Source: Octopus sinensis (taxonomy: Eukaryota). Taken from it: 64,000 bases of DNA. The DNA lies in assembly GCF_006345805.1 (NCBI RefSeq), contig NC_043011.1:8742001-8806000 (forward strand), given 5' to 3'. The translations under genes were made by a program, and so were the position numbers. This document shows positions 52,201 through 64,000 of the stretch, piece after piece. Positions within the stretch are counted from its first letter, which is position 1. Each line of letters opens with the position of its first letter. The notes beneath the pieces were generated by a model. It was given only the letters and a program-made list of their open reading frames with translations, did no database searches and had not been told where the DNA came from.

Positions 52201-53044
52201 TTGATTTTAATTATACAGCAGTAAATTTTTTATGCAGTATTTGTGAAAATAAGTCGTGTTACTTGCACACGGTACCCGGAACATAAAAGAGGGGACAAGC
52301 TTCAGTGAATATAGATTGGCCCTGGGCCTTGGAGATTCGATTAGGGGCCTGTGAGCATGAAAGAGATTCCTCCCTAGACTAAAATAAAATAAAACTCTCA
52401 GATCTCAAAACTGTTGCAGCCCACTGTCCCCGATGATGACGATTGGTGCCAGGCTGAGCCCAACTTCCTTATCAAAAGGACCATCTCCAACTGTCAACTC
52501 AAACAATAAACGTATCAAGTTGTGGTTTCAGGTGCATCATCATCGTTTAACGTCTGCCTTCCATGCTAGCATGGGTTAGACGAATGACTGAGGACTGGTG
52601 AACCAGATGGCTGCACCAGGCTCCAGTCATGATCTGGCAGAGTTTCTACAGCTGGATGCCCTTCCTAACGCCAACCACTCCGAGAGTGTAGTGGGTACTT
52701 TTACATGCCACCGGCACGGGGCCAGTCAGGCGCTACTGGCAACGATCACGCTCGAATGGTGTCCTTTACATGCCACCGGCACGAAGGCCAGATAGCCGCT
52801 CTGGCAGATCGTGCATTGTACGTTTTTATTTTAAACAAACCTGTTATCAACGAAGCTTCCATGCCTTTTGACCAATGGAAACAGAGCATTTCATCCTCTT
52901 CTCCCTCCTCTCTCTCGCATCACTCTCACTCTTGCTCTCCTTTCATTCTAGCTACGTGCCTATACATCAACACACGCTAATTATATATATATCTACCCTC
53001 ACTCATCTGTCAGGGTAACTATATCTTCACAAATCACACACACA

Positions 53045-53083
<39 letters not shown>

Positions 53084-53447
53084 TCTCTCTCTATCTCTCT
53101 CTCTCTCTCTCTGTTTCCATCCCTCTTTCCCCACACACATATTGCCTTCCATTACACATTAGGTACAGATAAAAGGAAAAGAAAACTAGCTCAACGGTTG
53201 CAATTCAGTTAAACTCACTGAATTGTTTATCGCCGAAACATTACATTCAGGAACAAGAGTTTAGTACAAACGACAACACAAACAACAGCAACAAAAGCTT
53301 CGACAACAACAACAGCCACAAACACAACTGCTAACCACTGGATGTAACACTTGGTGATCTCAAAAGCAATCGATACCAACGACAGCAGCGAAGGTAACAA
53401 CACCTCCGACAACAACGCGGGAAGAATAGCACAACGAACCAACCAAC

Positions 53448-54308
53448 ATGACAACAGCTGGCATCCACCTTCTCAACTCCTCCTGTACATCATATAAGAA
53501 CATACAAGATGATAGTATGCAAAACCATTCCTTCAGGAACTATGACAAACATGACTCCGATTCCCAGGTGTACAACACCTACAAGCAAATGCACACGTTT
53601 CAAACTGTCGACTTCGTGAAAGAATCCCACGGCCGGTGGACCAAATTCGATCACGCTGAAATGTCCATAATGGAAGCTCTGGAAATGTTAAACAACTTGG
53701 TGGATGAGTCCGACCCGGATATCGATCTCAGTAACTCTTTCCATGCGTTTCAAACGGCAGAAGGAATCCGTAAAGAGTACCCCGACGAAGACTGGTTTCA
53801 GTTGACAGGACTCGTACATGACCTGGGTAAAGTTATGGCCCTGTGGGGTGCACCGCAGTGGTCGGTGACTGGTGACACCTACCCGGTCGGCTGTAGACCA
53901 GCTCCTTCGGTCGTTTATGCCGACAGTACTTTCAACGACAACCCCGACTTTAACAACCCAAAATACAACACGAAACTCGGTATTTACGATGAACACTGTG
54001 GTCTGAGTAAGGTACTCATGTCTTGGGGTCACGATGAGTATATGTACCAAGTACTGAAACACAACACTTGTTACCTACCCGAGGAAGCTCTCTGTGTTAT
54101 TAGATACCATTCTTTCTACCCGTGGCACAACAGTAATGACTATGGTTACCTGTGTGACAACAAAGACCAGGAAATGTTGAAATGGGCAAAACATTTCAAC
54201 CCGTTCGATTTGTATACCAAATCACCCGTCATTCCGGATGTTGACGAAATCCGACCATATTACGAAAAATTGATTGAAAAATATATCCCGGGTAAACTAA
54301 AATGGTAA
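53448..54308 (+). CDS. MIOX: myo-inositol oxygenase, second intronless copy, 286 aa
   Basis: Uninterrupted ORF with all metal-ligand motifs (NSFH, HDLGK, WGHDEY, HSFYPWH, FDLYTK). Confidence 0.97.
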   Translation: MTTAGIHLLNSSCTSYKNIQDDSMQNHSFRNYDKHDSDSQVYNTYKQMHTFQTVDFVKESHGRWTKFDHAEMSIMEALEMLNNLVDESDPDIDLSNSFHAFQTAEGIRKEYPDEDWFQLTGLVHDLGKVMALWGAPQWSVTGDTYPVGCRPAPSVVYADSTFNDNPDFNNPKYNTKLGIYDEHCGLSKVLMSWGHDEYMYQVLKHNTCYLPEEALCVIRYHSFYPWHNSNDYGYLCDNKDQEMLKWAKHFNPFDLYTKSPVIPDVDEIRPYYEKLIEKYIPGKLKW

Positions 54309-55151
54309 TTTTTTTTTTTTAAGCAAGAAAAACCTTGGATTCTTCCAATTATTAATGGACAATTGAAGCTGTTCGAATATTTTGGTAACCCACCATCCAG
54401 CTGCCCATCACCACCCCCCAAGAAAAACAAAAAAAAAACAAAACAAAAAAAAACTTTCGAATATTTCAGAGGTACTGCAGAGTAAAGCCTTTTCTTCCAT
54501 AAATAGCAGTGGTTCGAAATGAGGTCCATATGATCCTTGAGGGTCCGTGTAAGATTTTGTTAAAATTTCTGTACAATAAATCGGATTTATTTCTACAACA
54601 TACAATCTATTTTAATAATTTTTTTAAATACAATTCCTCGTAATCTTTAATTATAAAAATTCCACCGAGGTCTGCTTTGCCTTTAATCCTTTCGGGACCG
54701 ATATAATCGACTGGACTTTCCCCCCAAAAGAATATTTAATTACAAAAAACATAATAGAACTTGTGTAAAGAATGGAATGGCTATATATATACATGTTATG
54801 ATTTGTATTCTTACCTTATATGTATTGAATTATAAGATATATATGTATGCTATTAAGGTTCTCATTTTGTTGAATTAATAAATAATCCAACATTCTAATA
54901 TCTGAAAGTTGATGAACAAACTAAATTTGTTTCTCCATTTTCTTATTTGTATTATAAATTTACGGTAAAAATATTTCTTTACCTTCACCCGTTTAATACA
55001 ATAAATGAGATAATTGCATTGCAATTAAAAACATTTATGTATTAAGAATCTGGGTACTTTACCAACAGTATATTGGATAAATACTATCCCTTAGTGGGTT
55101 ACACCCATAACCCTTAACTTACTTTGTTATATATATATATATATATATATA

Positions 55152-55870
55152 CTAGCATTAAAGACCCGTCGTTGCCGGGTCATAGTGCTAGTGCATGTAT
55201 ATATGTGTATATATATGTGTACATATTACATGTACATCTATATATATATACATCTACACATAAAATGCAAAATACAAAGTTATATCTTGATATCGCTAGT
55301 GATAACAATACTCAAAATATATAACAGACTGGAATTGTTAGCTCTTCTTTTTTCTCTACGTTGTATACTTTATAGACAATAGTCTTTAATTTAATTTTTT
55401 ATTATCCATCTGGACTATTACATTTCTGCACGCTAATTTTATTTTTAATTTATTCCCATTCATGTGAAACCACTTATTCAAGTTCAAATCATTGATGCAA
55501 TTTTATACTAATTGCTATTTTTACTTTTCTTATGTTACGATTATATTATACTTTAGTTTGATTTTAATTATTACTTACTACATATAATTCAATTGTTATT
55601 ATTATTTTTATTGTTAAAATGAAAGCATCTGACATAAAATAGAGAAATATTTTTGTTTCACTTTTAACACGCAATACTGAAATAGTGGAGAAGATATGAT
55701 ATTGCTATGGGCTCGCTCTAGGCAAGAAGTTGAACATTTTTTTTTGCCCATGAAACTACATGGACCCTAAGTAAAGCATGTGTAAAATTTGAATGGAATT
55801 GGTTTTGTAGTTCTCAAGTTTTAGGGAAACACACAGACAAACAGACAGACATTCTCAGTTTTATATATAG
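55152..55870 (-). mobile_element. Non-autonomous Helitron, second family
   Basis: Minus-strand 3' end cccggcaacgacggg hairpin followed by tctttaatgCTAG|T. Confidence 0.6.
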
Positions 55871-55879
55871 AAATATATA

Positions 55880-56261
55880 TATAAAAGTAAGGTTGTGTGT
55901 CTGTCTACTCCGATTTAGATTCCTAACTACTCCCACATTTTGCGGTGCAGTTTAACCAAAACCGGGTATCTTATAGTCGTGATTCATATCGAGCCCTTCT
56001 GGGTATTAGCGCGCGTCTACGATGAGTCTACGATTTTAAAAATAATTTACCATCATTTTTTTCCATTTTAATGCATATTTTTTAAAGAGAAGTAACTCTC
56101 TAAAAATGTCTACGATGAGTCAACGATTTAAAAAAAAAATTTACCATCATATTTTTTCCATTTTTAATGCATTTTTTTGCTATTTTTTGGCTATAACTCT
56201 CTAAAGATGCTTTATAGTTATTTCCCTTACAAACCCGAGCAACGCCGGGCGATACTGCTAG
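55880..56261 (+). mobile_element. Non-autonomous Helitron
   Basis: cccgagcaacgccggg hairpin (56234-56249), then CTAG (56258-56261) followed by T. Confidence 0.78.
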
Positions 56262-56682
56262 TATATATATATATATGCATGTACCTACATATACACACTC
56301 CATAAGTCTGAAGATGTGTTTACGGAACTGAGTTATGTCGGGGCTGAGACAATTTATTAAATTCTTTAAACTCAAACTGCGTGGATTGAGTATTTCTTTC
56401 TTTCGTTTGCGCATGATACATGTGTGTATTCTTTTATTTGTTTGTCATTTGACTGGGGCCATGCTGGAGCACTGCCTTTATTCGAACACATCGACCCTCA
56501 CACACACACACACACACAGTACCAATTTGACGCAATCTACACACCGCCTTGCATAATAGACTGTTCACTCACTCATATGTTTGTATGTGTGTGTACACGC
56601 ATATAGGCATACATATAGCTGTGTGGTTAAGAAGCTATCTTCGCAACCAAGTCACTTCAGGTTCAGACCAACTGAATGGCAC

Positions 56683-56821
56683 CAGGGCCGGCCCTAGTTT
56701 TGCTGGTGCCCTGACCTTCAACATGTACAAGATGACGGTCATTGAAATGTCCTTGTATTTGTCACGCCCTCCTTGGCGCCCCAGCGACTGTTCGAGTTGC
56801 CGGTACCTTGAGCCGACCCTG
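56683..56821. mobile_element. hAT-like MITE inserted in a family A SINE head
   Basis: TIRs cagggccggc / gccgaccctg; 8-bp flanks aatggcac / cgtggcac. Confidence 0.7.
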
Positions 56822-56914
56822 CGTGGCACATTGAGCAAGTGTCATCTCCTGTGGTCTTGGGCCGACCAAAACCCTGTGAGTGGATGTGATAGACGGAAAC
56901 TAAAAGAAGCCTGA

Positions 56915-57309
56915 GCCCCGTGCTAGTAGGGTATTAAGAGCACCATCCGAGCGTGGTCGTTGCCAGAGCGGCTACCTGGCCTCTGTGCCGGTGGCACGTA
57001 AAAGACACCATTCGAGCGTGATCGTTGCCACTATCGCCTTACTGGCACCTGTGCCGGTGACATGTGTAAAAGATTCGAGCGAGGTCGTTGCCAGTATCGC
57101 TTGACTGGCCCCGTGCCGGTGTCACGTAAAAAGCACCCACTACACTCTCGGAGTGGTTGGCGTTAGGAAGGGCATCCAGCTGCAGAAACTCTGCCAGATC
57201 AAGATTGAAGCCTGGTGCAGCCATCTGGTTGACCAGACCTCAGTCATTCGTCCAACCCATGCTAGCATGGAAAGTGGACGTTAAACGATGATGATGATGA
57301 TGATGATGA
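56915..57309 (+). mobile_element. RTE 3'-UTR-derived short element
   Basis: Highly similar to 10513-10897; (GAT)n tail. Confidence 0.85.
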
Positions 57310-58181
57310 ATGAGTATATGTGTCTCCTAGTTTTGAGAACGCGTGGTAGTCGTAAAATGATGGTCACTGCCACACAAGCATAATCATTCATTTCCGATAT
57401 TCTGCAAGAACATATCTGGCCATGGGAAAAGATAACCTTTCTCGAAAACAGGCGATGATTAACAAAATGAAGGCTCTTCAGGTTGTGGAAAATCTGCTTT
57501 GATAAGCTTTGTCGATCCATGCAAACATTGAAAAGTGGACATTAACGAATTCTATCGAAGAAGACTCTATTTTAGCGAACTGGGGGGGGGGACTTCCCCC
57601 TCTCCTCAATTTTATCCAGACATTATGTCTCCGTACTACTAGAGCGCCTGATTTTACAATACTGTTCATTAACGGAAATTTATACGCGCTAAGCACACAC
57701 ACACTTATAGACTATGTAGGGGAGATAATACAAAACCAAAAGTTATGTCCCTTAGTACGATGTTTCAATTAGTAGACTGCGCCAATGCCTGGACAACGGC
57801 CTTGAAGAGTTTTAGTCAAACAAATTAACCCGAGTACTTGCTATTTCAAGAGCCCGATATATTTTATTGGTCTCTGCTGCCGAACCGCTGTGTCACGAGC
57901 ACTTAACACAGCAACACCAGTTGTCGTGCGGTGGTGGAAGTGGGAGCAAACGCACACACACATATGTGTGCGTATATGTAATATATATATATTAATACTG
58001 TAATTGTTCCACGTGTTGTTGTTTTTTCTGTTTTCCCGTTTGGATTAACCTTATATATATATATATATATATATATACCTGAGTAAGCACATAAATGTGA
58101 AACAAGGTGGAAAAAAGAGTACTCAAATACCAGAGGTAGAGTAATATGCTTTATTTAAAAGCAGCAGAAATATAACAAAAG

Positions 58182-58219
58182 CTGTTACTCCGAGTTTCAC
58201 GTTCCCGTTCGTCGGACAG
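58182..58219 (-). ncRNA. Minimal type I hammerhead ribozyme, U4->C core variant, within a long hairpin (58149-58292)
   Basis: Minus strand: CUGU CCGACGA ACG-GGAA-CGU GAAA CUCGGAG UA ACAG. A degenerate mirror copy lies on + at ~58226-58259. Confidence 0.7.
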
Positions 58220-58904
58220 TTTTCTCCGATGAACCGGAACATAAAACTCTGAGTAACAGCTTTTGTTATATTTCTGCTGCTTTGAAATAAAGTGTATATA
58301 TATATGGGTGTGTGTGTGTGTGTTAAACACTAATTTCACCGACGTCATGGAACAGCAGTTAAGACCGACTGTTACAGAAACCACCGAGTAAGCTGTTACC
58401 CTAAGTGAGGCACTGGTAAAATTTCGAAATATATACATGGTGTACGGGATGTTTAGGTCTTCGATGGGCTAAACCCGGTTTTCATGCCAGTCAATTTCAG
58501 GGGTAACTTCCCAGCTATTGTTGGAACTCATTTCATAGCTGAGTAGATCGGAGCAACTTGAAATGTTTTGCTCAAGGATTCAACGCACCACCCAGTCGCA
58601 GAATCGAAACCGTGACCTTGCGATTGTTAATGCAATACCCGAACCAATAAACCAAGTGATGTCACATAATTTCGAAAACAATTTTCAAATCTAAAACATT
58701 TAGAAAAAAAATATTAGAAAGCTATTGGTTGACGTAAAATCGTGCTTGAAAGCGATGAAATGGCAAAGCCATTATAAGGTTCAATAAAATGGTTTGCGTT
58801 CTTTGTTCAAATCCCGCTGAGGTTAACACCGTCTTTCACCTTTTCGGGGATCGATTAAAATAAAAAAAATGTGAAAACCATTCTTTGACCAGAGCGATGG
58901 TTTG

Positions 58905-59640
58905 GCGGAATCGTCTTCGTGTGAACGTGACCTGAGCGTTATTGTCGTCAGCGATTTACGTTGGACAAAACACATCGCTAAAATTGCCAAGAAGGCTAAG
59001 GGTGTCTTGGCATCACCCACCAAGTCCTTTGTGAGCCGCTCTCCGGCTTTATATAGCTATGGTAAGACCTCATCTAGAATTTGCATCACCGGTCTGGAAC
59101 CCCTATCTTGCCCAGGATATTAATAGTCTGGAAGCCGTTCAGCGACGTGCAACCAAGAGAATACCCTCCATCACGCATTTGCCATATTCTGAACGCCTTA
59201 CTTCCCTGGGCATGGATACATTGAAACTCCGACGTCTGGTAGCTGACTTGGCAGACACCCATAAAATTATTAACCATCTTACAAACAATAACTCTGAGCT
59301 CCTGTTCAAACTCCACCCGTGGACATGTTTACAAAGTCAGAAAACAACACAGCTCCCATGACTTTCGGAAACATTTTTTCACGCTAAGAGTTGCTGAAGC
59401 ATGGAACAGACTGCCGGCATCAGTTGTTAGTTGTCGGAGCATTGCATCCTTGAAAACTTCCATGCTTCCTGAGATTCGTCAACACCACACCTGATTTTCT
59501 CCCCTCCATACACACGCAAGCATGTATCTGACTAATACACTGTTCATTTCCCAGACATTTGTACATTACTGCATATGCTTTATACGCACTTTTGACGAGT
59601 TGTGGTGCACCTGAGCACTGTATACAATAATTTCATTATA
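58905..59640 (+). mobile_element. CR1/L2-clade LINE 3' fragment
   Basis: ERDLSVIV..DLRW..HI, MVRPHLEFASPVWNP, LEAVQRRATKRI, RKHFFTLRVAEAWNRLP. Confidence 0.88.
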
Positions 59641-60276
59641 TATATATATAATTGAAAGGACGCAAAGAACTGGTTAATCTGTCCCGACAGCAACACCTGC
59701 GATGGTACTTGTGCCTCGCTGAGATCAGCAGTTTGGTGACGTAGAGAGGGGACACACCTGCTAGTCTTCTTCAAACAATCTTGTTCAGCTCTGTACATAT
59801 TTGTGCAGTTGGTATCTCTTCCTTCCAGCTTTTTGCGTCTGCGATAAACTGGTACCAAACCTGGATCGGCAGCTTTTCCATTGAATAAACACCAACGGAA
59901 TGAAGAAAAGAGATTTCCAGTTAACCTCAGAATATATTGCCCAGTCCTATGTAGCTGGTATGCGATCTAGAACCAACACTGCGACAATATTGGTATCAAG
60001 TCTGTATTGGCCCAAGTCCGCAGTTTTACCCCTGGATAAACAGCGGTGGTAATAGAGAAGAGAGATTACCTGTCCACCTCAAAGTATAATTGTCCTGGTC
60101 AGTAGATACAGGTGTAGCTGTTACCTGTACCTCTCCTTTTACATTCAAATAGAAACATCTGCGATGGAAATGGTATCAAGCAGTGTCGGTCACTCAGCAG
60201 CTTTTCTCCTGAATTAGCATCGGTGTTATGGAGAAGAGAAACTACCAGGCCTCGACATGTATAGATGCATGGTTAA

Positions 60277-60533
60277 CCGTAGCGTCTCTGACGTGCAAAT
60301 CGATCGTCGGAACCGGGTGTAGGGGCGAAACACCAATCGAGCTGTCTAGTAGCTGGTTCCCTCAGATAGCTGGCGCCAGCGGAAGAACGACATGCAACTC
60401 CATCCACTCTCGAACTCGGAACGGGCTGCTCCTCTCCCGATCGGAGGCGGCCACATATCACAGCCATTGCGACGAATGCACGGTGCCAAGTGGGCCACTT
60501 CTGGTAAGCAGAACTGGTGATGTGGGATGAACC
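60277..60533 (+). pseudogene. 28S rRNA fragment (dispersed pseudogene)
   Basis: ctgacgtgcaaatcgatcgt...taggggcgaaa.ac.aatcga....tctagtagctggttccctc and gtgcc.agtgggccactt.tggtaagcagaactgg.g.tg.gggatgaacc are conserved eukaryotic LSU segments; internal deletions are present. Confidence 0.9.
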
Positions 60534-61479
60534 TTAACGGCATAAATACGTGGGCCAAATGGACAAAATACAAATCTCTTTTCCTTAGGGGAAAGTTTAA
60601 TATCAATTTCCCTTTCAAGTACAATAATAATAATTGTTAGTCTCTTGCACGATAAAATTTACAATCTCATTATCGAAAAATGCCATAAAAATATTCTCTC
60701 TCCTTTGGTGATGGCCGTATCCACGGAAATTTTGTGAAACAGCAATTGATGATGTCTGCCGTTTAAGGGTTAAACAAATCTATAAGGCCATCCTTTTCCA
60801 CCATAAGACTAACTCGTATTCACAAAGAATACTACTTAGATCCCAATGGAATAAATTCTTTCCCTTTTAAGGGCTACGAGTTTTGGCTAGGTGTGGAATG
60901 TTGAGGGACATGCGCAAGAGGATGGTCTCATTCTTTGCCATATACTCTCAATTCTTGACAAAATGGTAAGGAACACCGCGGACCTATTCCCAATTCATTG
61001 GAATTTTGTCCTTGATGGAGTCCGAAAGTCTCCAAGTGTAATGATACCTGATTTCTTAGATAGATAGATAGATAGATAGAGAGAGAGAGTTACTCCTGTC
61101 GGTCACCTTCGATTTATGACCGGAAACGAACAACTCCGCTTGTATAACGGTGTGCTGATTTACAAAGGTACACACTAACAAATCGTTTTACTACATCGCC
61201 AAACATTAAAAGAACAAAAAAAGGTTTACAAGAAACGCAGAAAACTTGTTCAAGATTTTTTCAAAAAAAAAAAAAAAAATCAGCATGAAGAAAAGAGCAA
61301 ATAAATTTCCAAATATATTTTATTTTCAGTAAAAAAAAAAAAATTTACAGCATATATTTTTTTTGGTTTCGTATGCCATGGTTTTAACTGTTTTATATTT
61401 ACCTTCATATGAAAATAATATACCTGACAAACCCACCTGCGATTTTTTCTTTTTTATAAATGATTAAAAGGTTGCCCTC

Positions 61480-63860
61480 TTCATGCACAAGGTGAGAAAT
61501 TTTGAGAGGAGGGGCAAATCGACTACATCAACCCTAGTTCATGACTGGTACTTTATTTTAGCAACTCTGTGTGGATAAAAGGCCAAGTTGATCTCGGTGG
61601 GATTTGAACTCAGAATGTGAAGAACAGGAACAAATACTGCAAAGCATTCCCCACCCCCAACGCTCTAACGAATCTGTTAATCTACCCAACTCAAAATAAT
61701 AATAATGGTTTCAAATTTTGCGGGAGGGGACCAGTTGATTACATCCACCCCAGTGTGTAACTAGTACTTAATTTACAGACCCCGAAAGGATGAAAGGCAA
61801 AATCGACCTCGGCGGGATTTGAACTCAGAACGTAAAGACGGATAAAATACTGCAAAGCATTTCGTCCAGCACGCTAACGATTCTGCCAGCTCATTACCAA
61901 TCCTTTCTATTATAGGCACAAGGCCTGAAATTTGGGGGAGGGGGTATACTTGATTACATAAGCCCCAGTGTTCAACTGGTACTTATTTTATCGACCCTGA
62001 AAGGATGAAAGACAAAGTCTACCTTGGCAGAATTTGAACTCAGAACGTAATGGTGGAAGGAATGTTCAATATTTCGTTTAGCGTGCAGGTTTCTAATTTT
62101 GGCACAAGGCCTGTAATTTTGAGGGGTGTGTATGTGTGTGTGTGTGCAAACCAGTTGGTACCATCTCATTAGAATGGTAATTATTATTACTATTAAAGTT
62201 GAACAAAAAAAAGTCAAAGTAAATGTGAGAAGAAAGAGACAAATGAGTGCAACAGTGTTAGGGGTTTGGGTTTAGAGAAAGTTGTAGTTGACACCCTGGC
62301 CAAAAGTGAGGCATCGGGGAGGAGCATGGCACTTTATAAATGGAATGAAATAAATGCTAATTTTGGATGAACCAATGTCTCAGAAACAACAGGACAGAAG
62401 AAAAAAAAAAAAAAAAAAAAAAAAGGGCCTCTTTAGATTCTTTGCAGCATCGAATGGCGCTAATCAGGAATGAATATACTGACAACCGCCACACAGGACT
62501 GGCTATCAGTTTGTCACAAGTAAAATCCCAAAATGACCGGCTGCGTGTCTGACCTGTCTCCTAACAAGGGTGAAGTGAAGTGTATATATGGATGATGATG
62601 ATGATGGGTTTCAAAGAGGACAGTCAATTAGTTGTGCCTCAAGTAGATGGAGAGTGTTCCACAGATGCTGGAAAGATGGCAGGCAAAGTAAATCCCGGAA
62701 TAATTTGAACTCGGAGCATAAAAGGGACCTAACTAAATATCATCCAATTGTTACTACCAACCCATTCCACCCCACCCTGCTGGGCACTGCATCATCTGTA
62801 AGGGTGTTACCCTGACAACGCATGAGTGAGCACTCACAGACTACTCTGAGGCAGATTTCCTAAAGTCGGATGCCATTCCTGTCACCAAATCTTGCCTGTT
62901 TCCAAGCAAGGAAGTATTTCCACGTGACCGGACATGTTTTCAGGGAAGAATGGAAATAAGAGACACCACTTCCATGCAAGTGGCAGTGTCCCTTGTTCCA
63001 AGTCTGGCCATGAAAATGGGTCCAGCTACGATAACTAACTTTGGCACAAAGCCAGCAATTTTAAAGGAACAGGAAAGTAGATTACAATGACTCCCCCCCC
63101 CCCACCTCAATACACGACTTGTAATTTATTTTATCAACCACGAGAGGATGAAAGGCAAAGCTGACTTTGGCAGGATTTGAGCCCACAATGTAAAAAGCCA
63201 GAACAAATGCCACTTAGCATTTTGTCCGATGCTCCAACGATTCTGTCAGCATGGCCTTAATTCTTTCTACCATAGACGAGGGGTTTCACTGCCATAATAA
63301 TAATCCTTTCTATTATAGGCACGCAAGGCCTGAAATTTTTTGGGGGGAGGGTGCTAGTCGATTACATCGCCCCTGGTGCTCAACTGGTGGTTATTTTATT
63401 GACCTTGAAAAGATGAAAGGCTAAGTCAACCTTGGCAGAATTTGAGCTCAGAATGCAAGGAAGGATGAAATGTCGCTAAGCATTTTTGCCCTGTGAACTA
63501 ACGATTCTGCCAGCTTGTTACAATAATAGCAATAAGAAGAACATGAAATTGTTTGTGATAAAAGTTGATCTCCATTACAAAACCGAGTTCTTATTGTTTA
63601 TTTACCGTCATGAAAGAGTCACATTAATTTTCATAAATAAATAATAATTTGATTCTTTATTGCCCACAGGGGGAGCTAAACACAGAGGGGACAGACAAAG
63701 GGACTAAGTTGATTATATCGTCGACCCAGTGCGTAACTGGTACTTATTTAATCGACCCCGAAAGGATGAAAGGCAAAGTCGACCTCGGCAGAATTTGAAC
63801 TCAGATGAAATACCGCTAAGCATTTCGTCCAGTGAGCTAACGATTCTACCAGTTTGCCGC
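61480..63860 (-). mobile_element. Cluster of mostly co-oriented family B SINE copies and fragments
   Basis: Repeated gaaaggatgaaaggcaaagtcgacctcggcggaatttgaactcaga variants at ~61570, 61785, 62000, 63145, 63410 and 63760. Confidence 0.85.
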
Positions 63861-64000
63861 CAATAATAATAATAAACGCCAGCATTTTGTTATGGGCAAC
63901 CAGGGAGAACTGAACTCATGATCTGTGTAGCAGCAGGGTAACCCAATACTCTGATTTATAATCAATTTTGCCTCAACAGTGAGCAAACGAACGAAGCTAA

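Overview
Repeat-dense eukaryotic DNA. The SINE families, microsatellite load and RTE/CR1/mariner content resemble an octopus (coleoid cephalopod) genome; this is an inference. Only two host protein-coding genes can be supported: intronless myo-inositol oxygenase (MIOX) paralogues at 22554-23420 (-) and 53448-54308 (+), pointing away from each other about 30 kb apart. Their catalytic cores are about 97.6% identical, while their N-termini and flanks do not align. The rest is nested transposon debris: RTE, CR1/L2 and R4-like LINE relics, a decayed Penelope-like element (PLE), Tc1/mariner relics, non-autonomous Helitrons, MITEs, several SINE families and a 28S rRNA fragment. The main hidden signal is nine type I hammerhead-ribozyme-like motifs from about seven unrelated short elements. 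Most have a palindromic stem III, several have variant cores, and most sit beside (TA)n tracts or in inverted-repeat structures typical of PLE insertions. Nearly all other ORFs in the track are microsatellite or antisense artefacts. About 960 bp is duplicated across the 100-N gap, probably an assembly artefact. All alignments and folds were done by eye.
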